From: Octopus bimaculoides
Taxonomy: Eukaryota
Direction: 5' to 3'
Length of the DNA: 64,000 nucleotides
Assembly: GCF_001194135.2 (NCBI RefSeq)
Contig: NC_069001.1
Coordinates: 22,518,385 to 22,582,384 of the forward strand
The translations under genes and the position numbers were made by a program. The notes under the pieces are model-generated. The model worked only from the letters and a program-made list of their open reading frames with translations. It had not been told where the DNA came from and did no database searches. Of the stretch, positions 1 to 11,372 are shown one piece after another (within the stretch, counting starts at the first letter, position 1; each line of letters opens with the position of its first letter).

Positions 1-339
1 ATGTATCACACATACACACACACACAGATATGAGCACAACTGGGTTAATTGCCTAATTTCCTCCTCAAATCACCCCACTATCCATCCTTTCCCTTACTGT
101 TGTTTTTTTTACATGATATCACTAGTCTTTCTCATTACACACAACCTTTTCACTTGATATCTAACCTCCATCCATAACGCTGTCTTCTCCACCCAAGCCA
201 TCGGATAATCTCACATTCTCTGCTACCATATGTTTCTCACTATCCCTATGCATTATGCCCACCTCTTCTTCATACGTAATCTTGCAAACGACCCAACCAC
301 GAAAGTAGGTATCTATATGCACGCACGCACGCACACACA

Positions 340-1050
340 TATGAGTTCATTAAGGTTCAGCCCTTATTCCTGTCCTATTCACCATAGTTGTACAGGCCAT
401 CGCAGGAGTTTGGGACTGGGTGTCCCTGGGAACATCTTATAGCTGATAATTCAGTTCTCATAGCTGAATCTATAAGAGAATTAAATAGAAAATTCAAAGC
501 ATGAGAGCTAAACCTAGAATCAAGGATAATCAGGACAAACTTAAGACAGAACACTGGAATCTTCATGGAAATGAACTTGATTGTTAGGCCGTAAGGCAGT
601 AGGTATAAACTCCAAAAGCTATGGGCATATGAAAGATGTAGTGGAATCAAAGGCAGGCTAACAGNNNNNNNNNNGGAACATCTTATAGCTGATAATTCAG
701 TTCTCATAGCTGAATCTATAAGAGAATTAAATAGAAAATTCAAAGCATGAGAGCTAAACCTAGAATCAAGGATAATCAGGACAAACTTAAGACAGAACAC
801 TGGAATCTTCATGGAAATGAACTTGATTGTTAGGCCGTAAGGCAGTAGGTATAAACTCCAAAAGCTATGGGCATATGAAAGATGTAGTGGAATCAAAGGC
901 AGGCTAACAGAGAAAGTAATTTTCATATGCAAAAGATGCACTGGAGCGGTGCATTCTATGAGCACATCAGAAATAGACTCTGAAATGCTTAGATTGATTG
1001 AATTAGGAACAGAAGTGAAGTGAAGTGCACCATTGAAATATAGTAAATAC
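340..1050 (+). mobile_element. Decayed RTE-like LINE reverse transcriptase fragment followed by a Cys/His-rich segment
   Basis: Manual + strand translation gives VH*GSALIPVLFTIVVQAI (QGSxLSPxLF motif), then GCPWEHLIADNSVLIAES (YADD region), then KLWAYERCSGIKGRLTEKVIFICKRCTG, with stops and frameshifts. The listed minus-strand 226 aa ORF is its antisense. Confidence 0.8.
429..910. repeat. Exact 236 bp duplication across a 10-N gap (likely assembly artefact)
   Basis: 429-664 is repeated at 675-910 with only Ns between. Confidence 0.85.
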
Positions 1051-1344
1051 AACACTTACCACATATTCAAATGCTTCCAAATACATCTGGTTTAGGTGAG
1101 ATTTCAAACAAACGGTTTTAAATAAATTTATAATGGAAACTATCAGTTCTTTTGATTAATTAGTTTTTCTAAGCAGTTTAGCCATTACTCTAGTTTATTT
1201 TTTAAGAATTGGACACGCATCTTTAAAGTTTTTTTCTATTGTTAGAATCGCTTTTATTCAAAACATTAATGGTATTCAAATTCTGTGACTACATGCTTGT
1301 TTGTGAATAAGTCCTGTGTGTGCATGTATGTGCTTGACTCTGTC

Positions 1345-1346
1345 TA

Positions 1347-1381
<35 letters not shown>

Positions 1382-1549
1382 ATGTATGTATGTATTCATG
1401 GGTACGTGAAACTATTCTTTTACTTCAGAGAAATAGTCATTTAGATGAAAAACTAACATAAAAATAAAAGATAATACAAAATCTGTTGAGATCGGATATA
1501 TTCAGAAGGGGAAACATACACTTGATAAATTTTATTCGCTAAAAGTGGA

Positions 1550-1606
<57 letters not shown>

Positions 1607-1616
1607 GTCTGTCTGT
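1345..1616. repeat. (TG)n/(TATG)n and (ATCT)n(GTCT)n microsatellites
   Basis: Directly visible tandem repeats. Confidence 0.95.
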
Positions 1617-1733
1617 CGTCGTTTTCGACTGCATAAGTCTAAACAATTTCTTGTATTTATTTATGTTCATTTATACTGAATTAATGTCAGCAGTTGGTTA
1701 ACAACGTCAGCTTTCGTGTGACTGAATGGGTCT

Positions 1734-1768
1734 TGCGAAAATCCACCCTTCGAGGGTGGATTTTCGCA
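1734..1768. other. Perfect 16 bp-stem hairpin upstream of the ORF1 ATG
   Basis: tgcgaaaatccaccct-tcg-agggtggattttcgca. Confidence 0.9.
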
Positions 1769-1813
1769 TTTGAAATTTTATTTTAAAAAAGAATTTTCAA
1801 TCTGTCCTGAAAA

Positions 1814-1949
1814 ATGGATAACTTGTTTGACGCTGCTAGCGTTCCATCGTCGTACATGGACATTAAGTTCCCTGAATTGCCGAACGGNNNNNNNNNNNNN
1901 NNNNNNNNNNNNNNNNNNNNNNNNNNNNNNNNNNNNNNNNNNNNNNNNN

Positions 1950-1983
<34 letters not shown>

Positions 1984-3503
1984 GGTAAGAGGGAAAGCAA
2001 AGCAAGAGAATGAGCAGATGTCTACTGCCACCACCGCTGCCAACACCACTGTCTCAACTACTGCCCCCACCACCACCACCAACAACAACAATAACAATAC
2101 CAACACGAACAAAGTAACTTTGCTTCAGTTCTGAGGCAAAGAAAACGAGTTGTTTCATTTATGTCACAACAACTAATGGAAACAAGACCCCTTTTATCTA
2201 AGGAGGGTAATACAATAAAACTAAACACACCACAACACATTTTAAAAAATATTAACTAAAAAAACAACTACATATAAGACAATAAATTTAAAAACGAGGA
2301 AGCCCGAAAACATAAATCAACAAACAATTGAAAAATGTTTAAGACCCGTAGGGGCACATAGAAAATACATCCCAAGGGGCAAAAGATTTGCCACAGTTGA
2401 AGTCAAGTTTGACTCAGAGGAGCAAACCCAAGCCTACTCTACAGAATCACTAGAGTCTGATGAAATAGCAATGATCCCTACGTTCCTAGGTCGTAAGGTC
2501 ACAAAAATAAAAATTAAAGATGTTCCCCTTGAAACTGAAGCACGATGGCTGGTGTCAGCCATCTGCTAGAATTTCGAGGAAGTTATTAATATCTTGGAAA
2601 TTGTCGTCCTCAAACAACAGAACTGGATAGGCCAGGCGTTCGAACTCTTGGTTCAACCCAATCAAGAGACGATAGAAAATATACCAGATCTTATAAAACT
2701 GCCGGACGGTACCGCCTTACATGTCGCCATTGAAGGCAGAAGACTACGCTGTCACCTTTGTGGCAGCAAAAACCACTTAAAAATTGACTGCACAATATTG
2801 AAGGAGAAGCAGCAGTAGCAGCAGCAGCAACAACAGCAACAACAACAAAAACAGCAAAAGCGGTAACAAGAATAGCAGACACTAACTGCAAACCAGCACT
2901 GTTACCCACACCGCCATCAACACAAGAATTAAAAGAACTCCACAAACGGATGAAACAGCTCGACAAAACAACAAAGCAACTCAACCGACCCAACTAATCA
3001 ACACAAGCAACAGCAGAAGCAATACCACCACCACTAACAATAACAACAACAGCTACAGAAGTACCAAAGCCTGAAAAGGAAAATATTGACTAACCCCTCA
3101 TCTCCAATAACCCATACATCACATCCCAACAGCCACAAACTAAAACTAACCCCACAGCAACAACATCAACACACCCACAAATCAACCCCAATACTCTTCC
3201 CCTTCCATCTTCTGATACCTCCGACATGTCATCCGATGAAGGCGACACGGAGGAATGGTAAATGTCCACAGGAGGAAGAAGAAAAAAAAGGTGGGGAGAA
3301 CATCCACACAATCAAACAAAGTTGGGAAATATAGCACTCCCGGCAACAGAACTCCCACACATAACAACACCAGCACCAACACTACAAACATACAAACACC
3401 TACAATGTGAACCGCAATCGACACAAACAATTTGGACCGGATGCAATACATCAGGTCACACACCGACATAACTGAAATCAGTTATAAAAAACAACCACCG
3501 TTA
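1814..3503 (+). pseudogene. Decayed non-LTR retrotransposon ORF1 (gag-like; RRM-like region plus CCHC zinc knuckle), Tx1/L1-like
   Basis: ATG at 1814 (MDNLFDAASVPSSYMDIKFPELPN), then a gap. From about 2337: CLRPVGAHRKYIPRGKRFATVEVKFDSEEQ...FLGRKVTKIKIKDVPLETEARWLVSAIC*...HVAIEGRRLRCHLCGSKNHLKIDC (C-X2-C-X4-H-X4-C at 2750-2791). A Q/T/N-rich tail and a basic GGRRKKR patch follow. Confidence 0.75.
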
Positions 3504-3800
3504 ACATATGATGTGGATTTTTCGACTATTTTTCACTTTATTGTATGTGATGTTGCGTTCGATTTCAAACTCCATACGTGGGTAGCCAGCTTAGTAGCTT
3601 TGCTTTAGTCTCTGTTGGAATGAATCGATGTGATTAGCATAGCGATTCTTGAATTCTCCTTCACATAGTCCGAAATAGCTTCTCTTATCGGTTGTATTAT
3701 TATTAGCATTGCAGTAACTTCTGTCTCATATATGACAGATTTAACCATACATCGCTAGTCAAATGGACAGGTTCCTGGGTCTTGACAGTTACAACTGGGA
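3504..3800 (-). mobile_element. Penelope-like element GIY-YIG endonuclease remnant
   Basis: Minus translation with frameshifts: SCNCQDPGTCPFD*RCMVKSVIYETEV / KRSYFGLCEGEFKNRYANHIDSF / ATKLATHVWSLKSN..HTIK*KIVEK. Confidence 0.8.
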
Positions 3801-4303
3801 GTGGATTCTTGGTGTTGGTCTCTTATTGCCATTTCCGATTTCTTTTTCGTTTGCCGATTTTTCAACATTCCACTTCTTATATAATTTCCTTCGCGCCTTT
3901 CCTCACTTTATTTCTCTCGTCCCGTCTTCAGTTCGTTGTGCCACAGGGGAAGTGTCTCGTGATTGTTTTGGGACACCAGACCTGTTATAAAACACTGTTT
4001 GGCATGTTCTCAGAACATAAAACTAAAAGTATCACAAAAAACATATATTGTGTGTTTATTAAATGATATATATGTATATGTATGCATGTATGTGTGTATG
4101 TATGTATATATCTTTATCTATCTATCTATCTATCTATCTATACACAAACATACGCACACACACATAAAGTATGGCGGTTTAGTTCACAGGTGATCTAAAC
4201 GATTAGAAACGCTAGGTAAGTGTTGTAACGGATTCGTAGGGCTCCAAGGTTGTAACCGAGACGGTAGATATAGACCCATTGCAGATTCCCGATATAGCAG
4301 ATA

Positions 4304-4675
4304 TATAATTGTTAAAGAGGCCAACAAATGTTAAGCCAAGGCAAACATCTTAAATCATATACACTATTATTATTGGAAAAATTAGTGCATAATGCCTTAT
4401 GCACTTATTTCTACAACATCGGAAAGTTGAACTGCGAACTTTTAGGCTTCTTTCTTCTCTCTCTTCATCTCCTTATTCCTTTACTCCTGTTCTCTATGCT
4501 ATCATTTCATTAATCTATGCCCTTCTCATTTTCCCTATTTGTCTCTGAAGACGGAATATCCCATACTCTGGGATGTCACAGTAACAGCTGTAAGACGTTC
4601 AACCTTTTCTAATAATAAGAATGTATGACTTGAGATGTTTGTCTTCACTTAACGTTTGCTGTCCTCTTTAACAAT

Positions 4676-4679
<4 letters not shown>
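4304..4679. mobile_element. Degenerate inverted-repeat element (about 77 bp arms) containing a hammerhead remnant
   Basis: 4304-4380 is an imperfect reverse complement of 4605-4679 (terminal tataattgttaaagagg / cctctttaacaattata is exact). Confidence 0.7.
4541..4596 (+). ncRNA. Degenerate type I hammerhead ribozyme
   Basis: gtct CTGAAGA cgga atatccca tactc tgggatgt caca GTAA cagctg TA agac: stem I gtct/agac and palindromic stem III acagctgt, but GAAA is mutated to GTAA and the base of stem II is mismatched. Confidence 0.55.
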
Positions 4680-4753
<74 letters not shown>

Positions 4754-5550
4754 NNNNNNNNNNNNNNNNNNNNNNNNNNNNNNNNNNNNNNNNNNNNNNN
4801 NNNNNNNNNNNNNNNNNNNNNNNNNNNNNNNNNNNNNNNNNNNNNNNNNNNNNNNNNNNNNNNNNNNNNNNNNNNNNNNNNNNNNNNNNNNNNNNNNNNN
4901 NNNNNNNNNNNNNNNNNNNNNNNNNNNNNNNNNNNNNNNNNNNNNNNNNNNNNNNNNNNNNNNNNNNNNNNNNNNNNNNNNNNNNNNNNNNNNNNNNNNN
5001 NNNNNNNNNNNNNNNNNNNNNNNNNNNNNNNNNNNNNNNNNNNNNNNNNNNNNNNNNNNNNNNNNNNNNNNNNNNNNNNNNNNNNNNNNNNNNNNNNNNN
5101 NNNNNNNNNNNNNNNNNNNNNNNNNNNNNNNNNNNNNNNNNNNNNNNNNNNNNNNNNNNNNNNNNNNNNNNNNNNNNNNNNNNNNNNNNNNNNNNNNNNN
5201 NNNNNNNNNNNNNNNNNNNNNNNNNNNNNNNNNNNNNNNNNNNNNNNNNNNNNNNNNNNNNNNNNNNNNNNNNNNNNNNNNNNNNNNNNNNNNNNNNNNN
5301 NNNNNNNNNNNNNNNNNNNNNNNNNNNNNNNNNNNNNNNNNNNNNNNNNNNNNNNNNNNNNNNNNNNNNNNNNNNNNNNNNNNNNNNNNNNNNNNNNNNN
5401 NNNNNNNNNNNNNNNNNNNNNNNNNNNNNNNNNNNNNNNNNNNNNNNNNNNNNNNNNNNNNNNNNNNNNNNNNNNNNNNNNNNNNNNNNNNNNNNNNNNN
5501 NNNNNNNNNNNNNNNNNNNNNNNNNNNNNNNNNNNNNNNNNNNNNNNNNN

Positions 5551-5639
<89 letters not shown>

Positions 5640-6374
5640 CTGTCTCTGTCTTTCGCTATTTGTCTATCTGTGTCTTTATCTTTGTTTCTACATCTCCCTT
5701 ATCTGTCTCTAGCTATCTATCTGATAGTAAAAATCTCTGGTGGATTAATGGAATAAGAATGACAGATTTTTAAGTTCAGTGCAACTTATGTGTGTTTCAA
5801 TTTCTCCTTTTTACATACGACTAAATATAAAAGAGCTGAATGTTTAGTATTACAGAAGATGCAAATAGCGAGTTGACTTCATTTATCCATTCTTTTACTT
5901 AACTGCCTGATTTCAAAATTCTTCCTTCGACCCCGCCCCCACAGAGAGGCTCTGAAGAATTTAAATACGCACTCAACTTATTATATTGCTCTTCATTATT
6001 TCTGCTATTGTTTTAGCGTGCACGTTTCAGTACTTGCAATGCTTACGGTGATCAAACGGATTCTTTGAGACAAATTTCCTAGATGTGGATGCTCTTCCTT
6101 TCATCATTTCTCATCTGTTTCCAAATAAAATAATATCTTTGGCCGGACATGTTTTTACGGAATATACGGAAGGTGGAAAACATTTAACATTGCTACACTC
6201 CTTTACCACTGCCCACAATGTCGAGGCAAGGGAACATAAACACACATACAAATCTTGCTTCTATGCTCCTATGTCGACATATGCATACATATATACATGC
6301 TTACATACTTACATATATAAATATATAGCAGTATGGGAAACTGACGTTAAATGACAAGGATGATGAGATATACA

Positions 6375-6712
6375 GGCGCAGATGTGGCTGTGTAGTAAGA
6401 AGCCTGCTCAGTTCCGAGCTCAGTTCCACCTTGTGGCACATTGCGCAAGTGTCTTTAACTTGCCGACTAAAGCCTTGAGTGAAACTGAAAGAAGCCCGTC
6501 GTATAGATATATGAGTGCTTTCCTCCGCCACCACTTGAAAACTGGTATTTGACAACCGGTGTATTTACGTCCATGTAACTTAGTGGTTGGACAAGAGAGA
6601 TCTTAGAATAAGCACTATGCTTAAAAATAAAGGACTGGGGTCAATTCTTCAAGGCGGTGCCCCAACACGGCCACAGTAAAATGGCTGAAACATGTAAACG
6701 ATAAAAGATATA
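6375..6712 (+). mobile_element. tRNA-derived SINE, family A
   Basis: Head ggcgca..tggctgtgtagtaag, body aagccttg..gaaactgaaagaagcccgtcgtata, tail aaggcggtgccccaacacggcc..; recurs many times in the window. Confidence 0.8.
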
Positions 6713-7031
6713 TATGGCTGCTAAGAGATATGTAGTCATTCAGTAAATTCCGTAAAGCTATTTTACTCAAAGTCTTAAAAAATGTAAAATTATTTTATTA
6801 TCTATATTTAGTAATTTGTTTTGAGTGTAAATTGAAACGATTGTAGGCAATGTTAATTAATTAAAGGTAATTTGTATCCTTTATATCGCTCCATTTTCTT
6901 ACTTAATATTTGACATTTGTATAATATATTTATCGAAGAATTATATCTTCAAAATATAATACACTAAGCCAGTGCCTCCTGGATAAAACTATCCCTGTAA
7001 GAGGTTTATATATCCTCATAATGACTGTATC

Positions 7032-7157
<126 letters not shown>

Positions 7158-7184
7158 AATATGTGACAGTTATTCGGTAGCCAT

Positions 7185-7245
7185 GATAAAACTCCGAGTT
7201 TCGGATGCCGGGGCGGAAACCGACGCCGCCATCTCTTCAGTTATC
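7185..7245 (-). ncRNA. Type I hammerhead ribozyme (left arm)
   Basis: Minus strand reads gataa CTGAAGA gatg...catcc GAAA ctcggag TT ttatc, same core as the right arm. Confidence 0.7.
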
Positions 7246-7318
7246 TGGCCATCGAAGAATGCCCATCTCATACACTTAATAAGATCTGTAATATATTAAA
7301 GGCATTCTTCGATGGCCG

Positions 7319-7379
7319 GATAACTGAAGAGATGGCGGCGTGGGTTTCCGCCCCGGCATCCGAAACTCGGAGTTTTATC
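7319..7379 (+). ncRNA. Type I hammerhead ribozyme (right arm)
   Basis: gataa CTGAAGA gatg-gcggcgtgggtttccgccccgg-catcc GAAA ctcggag TT ttatc. Stem I gataa/ttatc; stem II gatg/catc with a 1-nt bulge; near-palindromic stem III; predicted GUU cleavage after 7374. Confidence 0.7.
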
Positions 7380-9023
7380 ATGGATACCGAATAATTGTCA
7401 CATATTATTTACAGATAAATTTCTCTATTTACATAATATCGAGGTCCCTTTCTTTTGTTGTCTTACCTTTTCTATTAATATATATATATATATATGTGTG
7501 TGTGTGTTTTAGTTTTGTAGTTGGTTTGTCAGATTCTTGATGTGCACGTGTGTGCTGAAAAAGATCTTGTATCTCAGGAAGTTCATTATGCAAATAATAA
7601 ACACTCATACTTGTTCTATTTCACTGCTTTTGTTATTAGTCACCCAGTTAATCATTTAACCAATTTACAAATCAATTACTTGGTTAATCGTTCAGTCACT
7701 CGTTCACTCAGGTAGGTATGTCAGATTCTTTCCGTTGCCATTTGTGACCTCAATGACGTTACCTTGGCAACATATCTACTTCACCACAGTTTCGAATCCC
7801 ACACACTAGTTACAGGAAAATCCAAGGCTCCTATCGAGAACAATCTTCTGTGCCTTTTTCTAATATTTTGAATTTACTATCATTAATGTTTTTTTTTTAC
7901 CCGATAACTGCTATATATCAATGGTTTGTTATGTCTGCAGATTGTGAAAATGAATATGCAAGGTTTGAGGATTTCTCAGTTCCTTATACCCATGGCAATT
8001 GATAAAACCGAACAATAATTACAAGTGTTCCAGATGAGACCATTCCTTTCTGAAAAGTATTCTAAGTCTATATTGCTTCATCTAGCTTTCTTTGTGTAAA
8101 ATTGCAAGGTATGATCTGGAGGAAATTCGGCTGCTATTTCTTGTATGTCGAGTAACCATATTGAGGTTCTTTTATAGTTTTGACATGTGATGTCTATGTG
8201 TTACGTAAAATAAAATAGTTACAACCAGGAAATTAAATTGAATCATCGGCACAGCTTGTCAAAATCTTATTTTCGTCAAATAAATATGAAAGAAAAATAA
8301 AAAATAAAAACGTAAAGTTTATTTTTGAAATGTCAGCAAATAAATAATAATCTATTTTGAAGTCAAATAATCTATATTCTGATATTTGAAGCACAGAGAG
8401 TTTGGACTTAATTTCCTTCGAATAAAAAAAATAATGGAATAAATCAAATATATTGAATTGAAAAAGAACAAAGAAACATATAGCAGAGGATAAAACAAAA
8501 AACGAAAACAAAATTTGTTTGTTTTCTTGTTCTTTCAGTTAAATGACTGTCCTTTTCTTGTCTCTTCTGCTACAATGGTGTTGGATGTTTCTGAATTCAT
8601 ATATTAATTATTGGAGCTCTTTTCGGGTTTCTTATTTCTCTCCTCATATATGACTAAGTGCTCAAACAAACATCTTCATTCGATACAAATGCTATTACTC
8701 TTCAACCATAGGTAGAAGTAAGTCACTTGCACTCAGCCATACTTCTAGAAGCCATAATGGTTGTCTTATAGATTGTCTGGTGGCAATCCTGTTAAAATGT
8801 ATAAAACAGCTGGTATTTTTAGTCTTGCAACAATGAATGAACTTCTTTAGTTCCTGTGGAACAAAGGGAAGATCCAACATAATGTACATGTTGCAAACAT
8901 CGTCTGCATCTAAAAAGAAAGGGAAAACCGACCTTGTGACAAATATAAAGTGAATTTCATTATGCTCATCGTGGATATATTCTTGGCACAGGTATTGCTT
9001 GACCGTCTACATTCTATATATTC

Positions 9024-9167
9024 TTTTACTCTTTTACTCTTTTACCCGTTTCAGTCATTTGACTGTGGCCATGCTGGAGCACCGCCTTTAGTCGAGCAAA
9101 TCGACCCCAGGACTTATTCTTTGTAAGCCTAGTACTTATTCTATCGATCTCTTTTGCCGAACTGCTA
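9024..9167 (-). mobile_element. 3' half of SINE family A, abutting the hammerhead element
   Basis: Minus strand: ttagcagttcggcaaaagagatcgatagaataagtactaggc...aaggcggtgctccagcatggccacagtcaaatgactgaaac. Confidence 0.85.
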
Positions 9168-9257
9168 AGTGGACTTCTCAAAATAAACACATTTTTAGTA
9201 CCGAATGCGAGGAAACACAACCAACAGAAGAAAGCCACCTTTCTGTTAAATAACTCA

Positions 9258-9319
9258 ACTATGTATCGACCGATTTCGCGATTACTAGAATGAATCTAGA
9301 CTCCGCTCATCAGCATAGT
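9258..9319 (-). ncRNA. Type I hammerhead ribozyme, canonical core
   Basis: actatg CTGATGA gcg gagtctagattcattctagtaat cgc GAAA tcggtcga TA catagt: 6 bp stem I, gcg/cgc stem II with inner ctaga/tctag hairpin, stem III closed by a 2-nt loop. Confidence 0.85.
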
Positions 9320-9920
9320 ATTGCTTATGAAAAACATATACAAATAANNNNNNNNNNNNNNNNNNNNNNNNNNNNNNNNNNNNNNNNNNNNNNNNNNNNN
9401 NNNNNNNNNNNNNNNNNNNNNNNNNNNNNNNNNNNNNNNNNNNNNNNNNNNNNNNNNNNNNNNNNNNNNNNNNNNNNNNNNNNNNNNNNNNNNNNNNNNN
9501 NNNNNNNNNNNNNNNNNNNNNNNNNNNNNNNNNNNNNNNNNNNNNNNNNNNNNNNNNNNNNNNNNNNNNNNNNNNNNNNNNNNNNNNNNNNNNNNNNNNN
9601 NNNNNNNNNNNNNNNNNNNNNNNNNNNNNNNNNNNNNNNNNNNNNNNNNNNNNNNNNNNNNNNNNNNNNNNNNNNNNNNNNNNNNNNNNNNNNNNNNNNN
9701 NNNNNNNNNNNNNNNNNNNNNNNNNNNNNNNNNNNNNNNNNNNNNNNNNNNNNNNNNNNNNNNNNNNNNNNNNNNNNNNNNNNNNNNNNNNNNNNNNNNN
9801 NNNNNNNNNNNNNNNNNNNNNNNNNNNNNNNNNNNNNNNNNNNNNNNNNNNNNNNNNNNNNNNNNNNNNNNNNNNNNNNNNNNNNNNNNNNNNNNNNNNN
9901 NNNNNNNNNNNNNNNNNNNN

Positions 9921-9979
9921 ATGCTGATGAGCGGAGTCTAGATTCATTCTAGTAATCGCGAAATCGGTCGATACATAGT
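9921..9979 (+). ncRNA. Type I hammerhead ribozyme (mirror copy; 5' part of stem I lies in the gap)
   Basis: atg CTGATGA gcg...cgc GAAA tcggtcga TA catagt. Confidence 0.75.
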
Positions 9980-10137
9980 TGAGTTATTTAACAGAAAGGT
10001 GACTTTCTTCTGTTGGTTGTGTTTCCTCGCATTCGGTACTAAAAATGTGTTTATTTTGAGAAGTCCACTGTGTGGCATTATTATTCTGTAGTAATGCCCC
10101 TTATATAAATATAAACGTATATATGTAAGTACGTACG

Positions 10138-10173
<36 letters not shown>

Positions 10174-10201
10174 AGTATGTATGTACGTATGTATATATAC
10201 T

Positions 10202-10365
10202 CATCATCATCATCATCATTTAACATCTGTTTTCCAGTTGACATGGGTTCGAAAGTTCGATAGGAGATGGTAATGCTGGAGCCGCATTAGGCTCCATTTT
10301 CTACTCAGGCACGCTTTCTCCGGATGGTGGCCCTTCCTAACGGCAACCACTTTACAGTGGAGATA
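10202..10365 (-). mobile_element. SINE/LINE 3' tail, family D, ending in (GAT)n
   Basis: Minus strand ..gtaaagtggttgccgttaggaagggc....gatgttaaatgatgatg; related copy at 31895-32125. Confidence 0.65.
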
Positions 10366-10929
10366 CACACACACACACACATACATGCATACATAAATAC
10401 ATACATATATACATGCAGACAGACAGACAGATAGACAGACACTCACTTGCTCTCTCTCTCTCTCTCCCCCTCTCTCTCCCCCTCTCTCTCCCCCTCTCTC
10501 TCCTCTTTTAGTTTCTTATATACAAATAGGTATGACTGAAATGTTAAATTTAGCTTAAGATGGTTAGTCATTAGAGCACAGTTCAACTACATGTACACGC
10601 ACGCGCACACACATACACACACACACATATGTATCTCTATTGCGAGGGGTATCTGAGGATACAAAATTATCAGTACCAATTAAAAGAAGATTTTTTTCCT
10701 TCAGTTACCCTATTGCTAATGAAATACTTTCACGTAAAGTGAAGATCTTTTGTACACAAAGTTCGGATCGAGTTGGAGACGTCTGACAAAATTGTTTAAA
10801 TTGTATGAAAGTGAAAAAAATTCTAAACCTTCAGGCCCTAAAAGGAAGCCATAATTCCTCTATGGGATTTAATATATTGTCACGGATGATCATGGAACGT
10901 TAACGAGGGTCATTAACAAAGAACTTCAA

Positions 10930-11210
10930 CAGTTGGAGTGAACTATCAAAACTGTGGTGCACGAGGACATTCGATACAAATTGTATACGCTGAGGAGGGG
11001 CTAATTCATATCTTCAAAGACACAGGAAAACCATTTGATGTGTTCCGAGCGTATACTTAAAACGATTAAAATCTCTCACAAATACATGTTTTTGTTCTTC
11101 TCTTAAGAGAAAAACTTCGACGAAGACCAAACATCTAGAGGGGAAAGAATGACAGATAGTCGTTTGAAGACCATTCTGATTTCTCCGGAATGATACAGAC
11201 AACGTTTCTA
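10930..11210 (+). mobile_element. Decayed Tc1/mariner (maT/DD37D-like) transposase fragment
   Basis: TIKTVVHEDIRYKLYTLRRG*FISSKTQENHL...LFFS*EKNFDEDQ...KNDR; same family as 53380-54130. Confidence 0.75.
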
Positions 11211-11227
11211 GGAACTCAAATGAGTTT

Positions 11228-11372
11228 AGTAATAATCCTTTTTACAAGGCCTGAAATTTTGCGGGAGTGGACTTGTCGATTATATTGACCCCAGAGTTCA
11301 ATCGGTACTTAATTTATCAGCCCAGAAAAGATGACAGGCAAAATCGACCTTGGCGAAATTTGAACCATGATT
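11228..11372 (-). mobile_element. SINE family B fragment
   Basis: aaggcctgaaatttt..gtcgatt..gacccc..ggtacttaatttatc..gcaaaatcgaccttggcgaaatttgaac. Confidence 0.75.

Larger units (their letters stand above)
9168..10069. mobile_element. Inverted-repeat element (at least 149 bp arms) spanning a gap, hammerhead in each arm
   Basis: 9168-9316 is the reverse complement of 9921-10069 with one mismatch seen; the outer flanks diverge at the same point. Confidence 0.7.

Noticed and set aside
375-1055. 226 aa minus-strand ORF
   Set aside because: Antisense of the decayed RTE RT, lengthened by the duplicated segment and Ns.
3900-3930. ctgaaga-cgggacgaga-gaaa on the minus strand next to the GIY-YIG remnant
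   Set aside because: No convincing stem I, II or III pairing.
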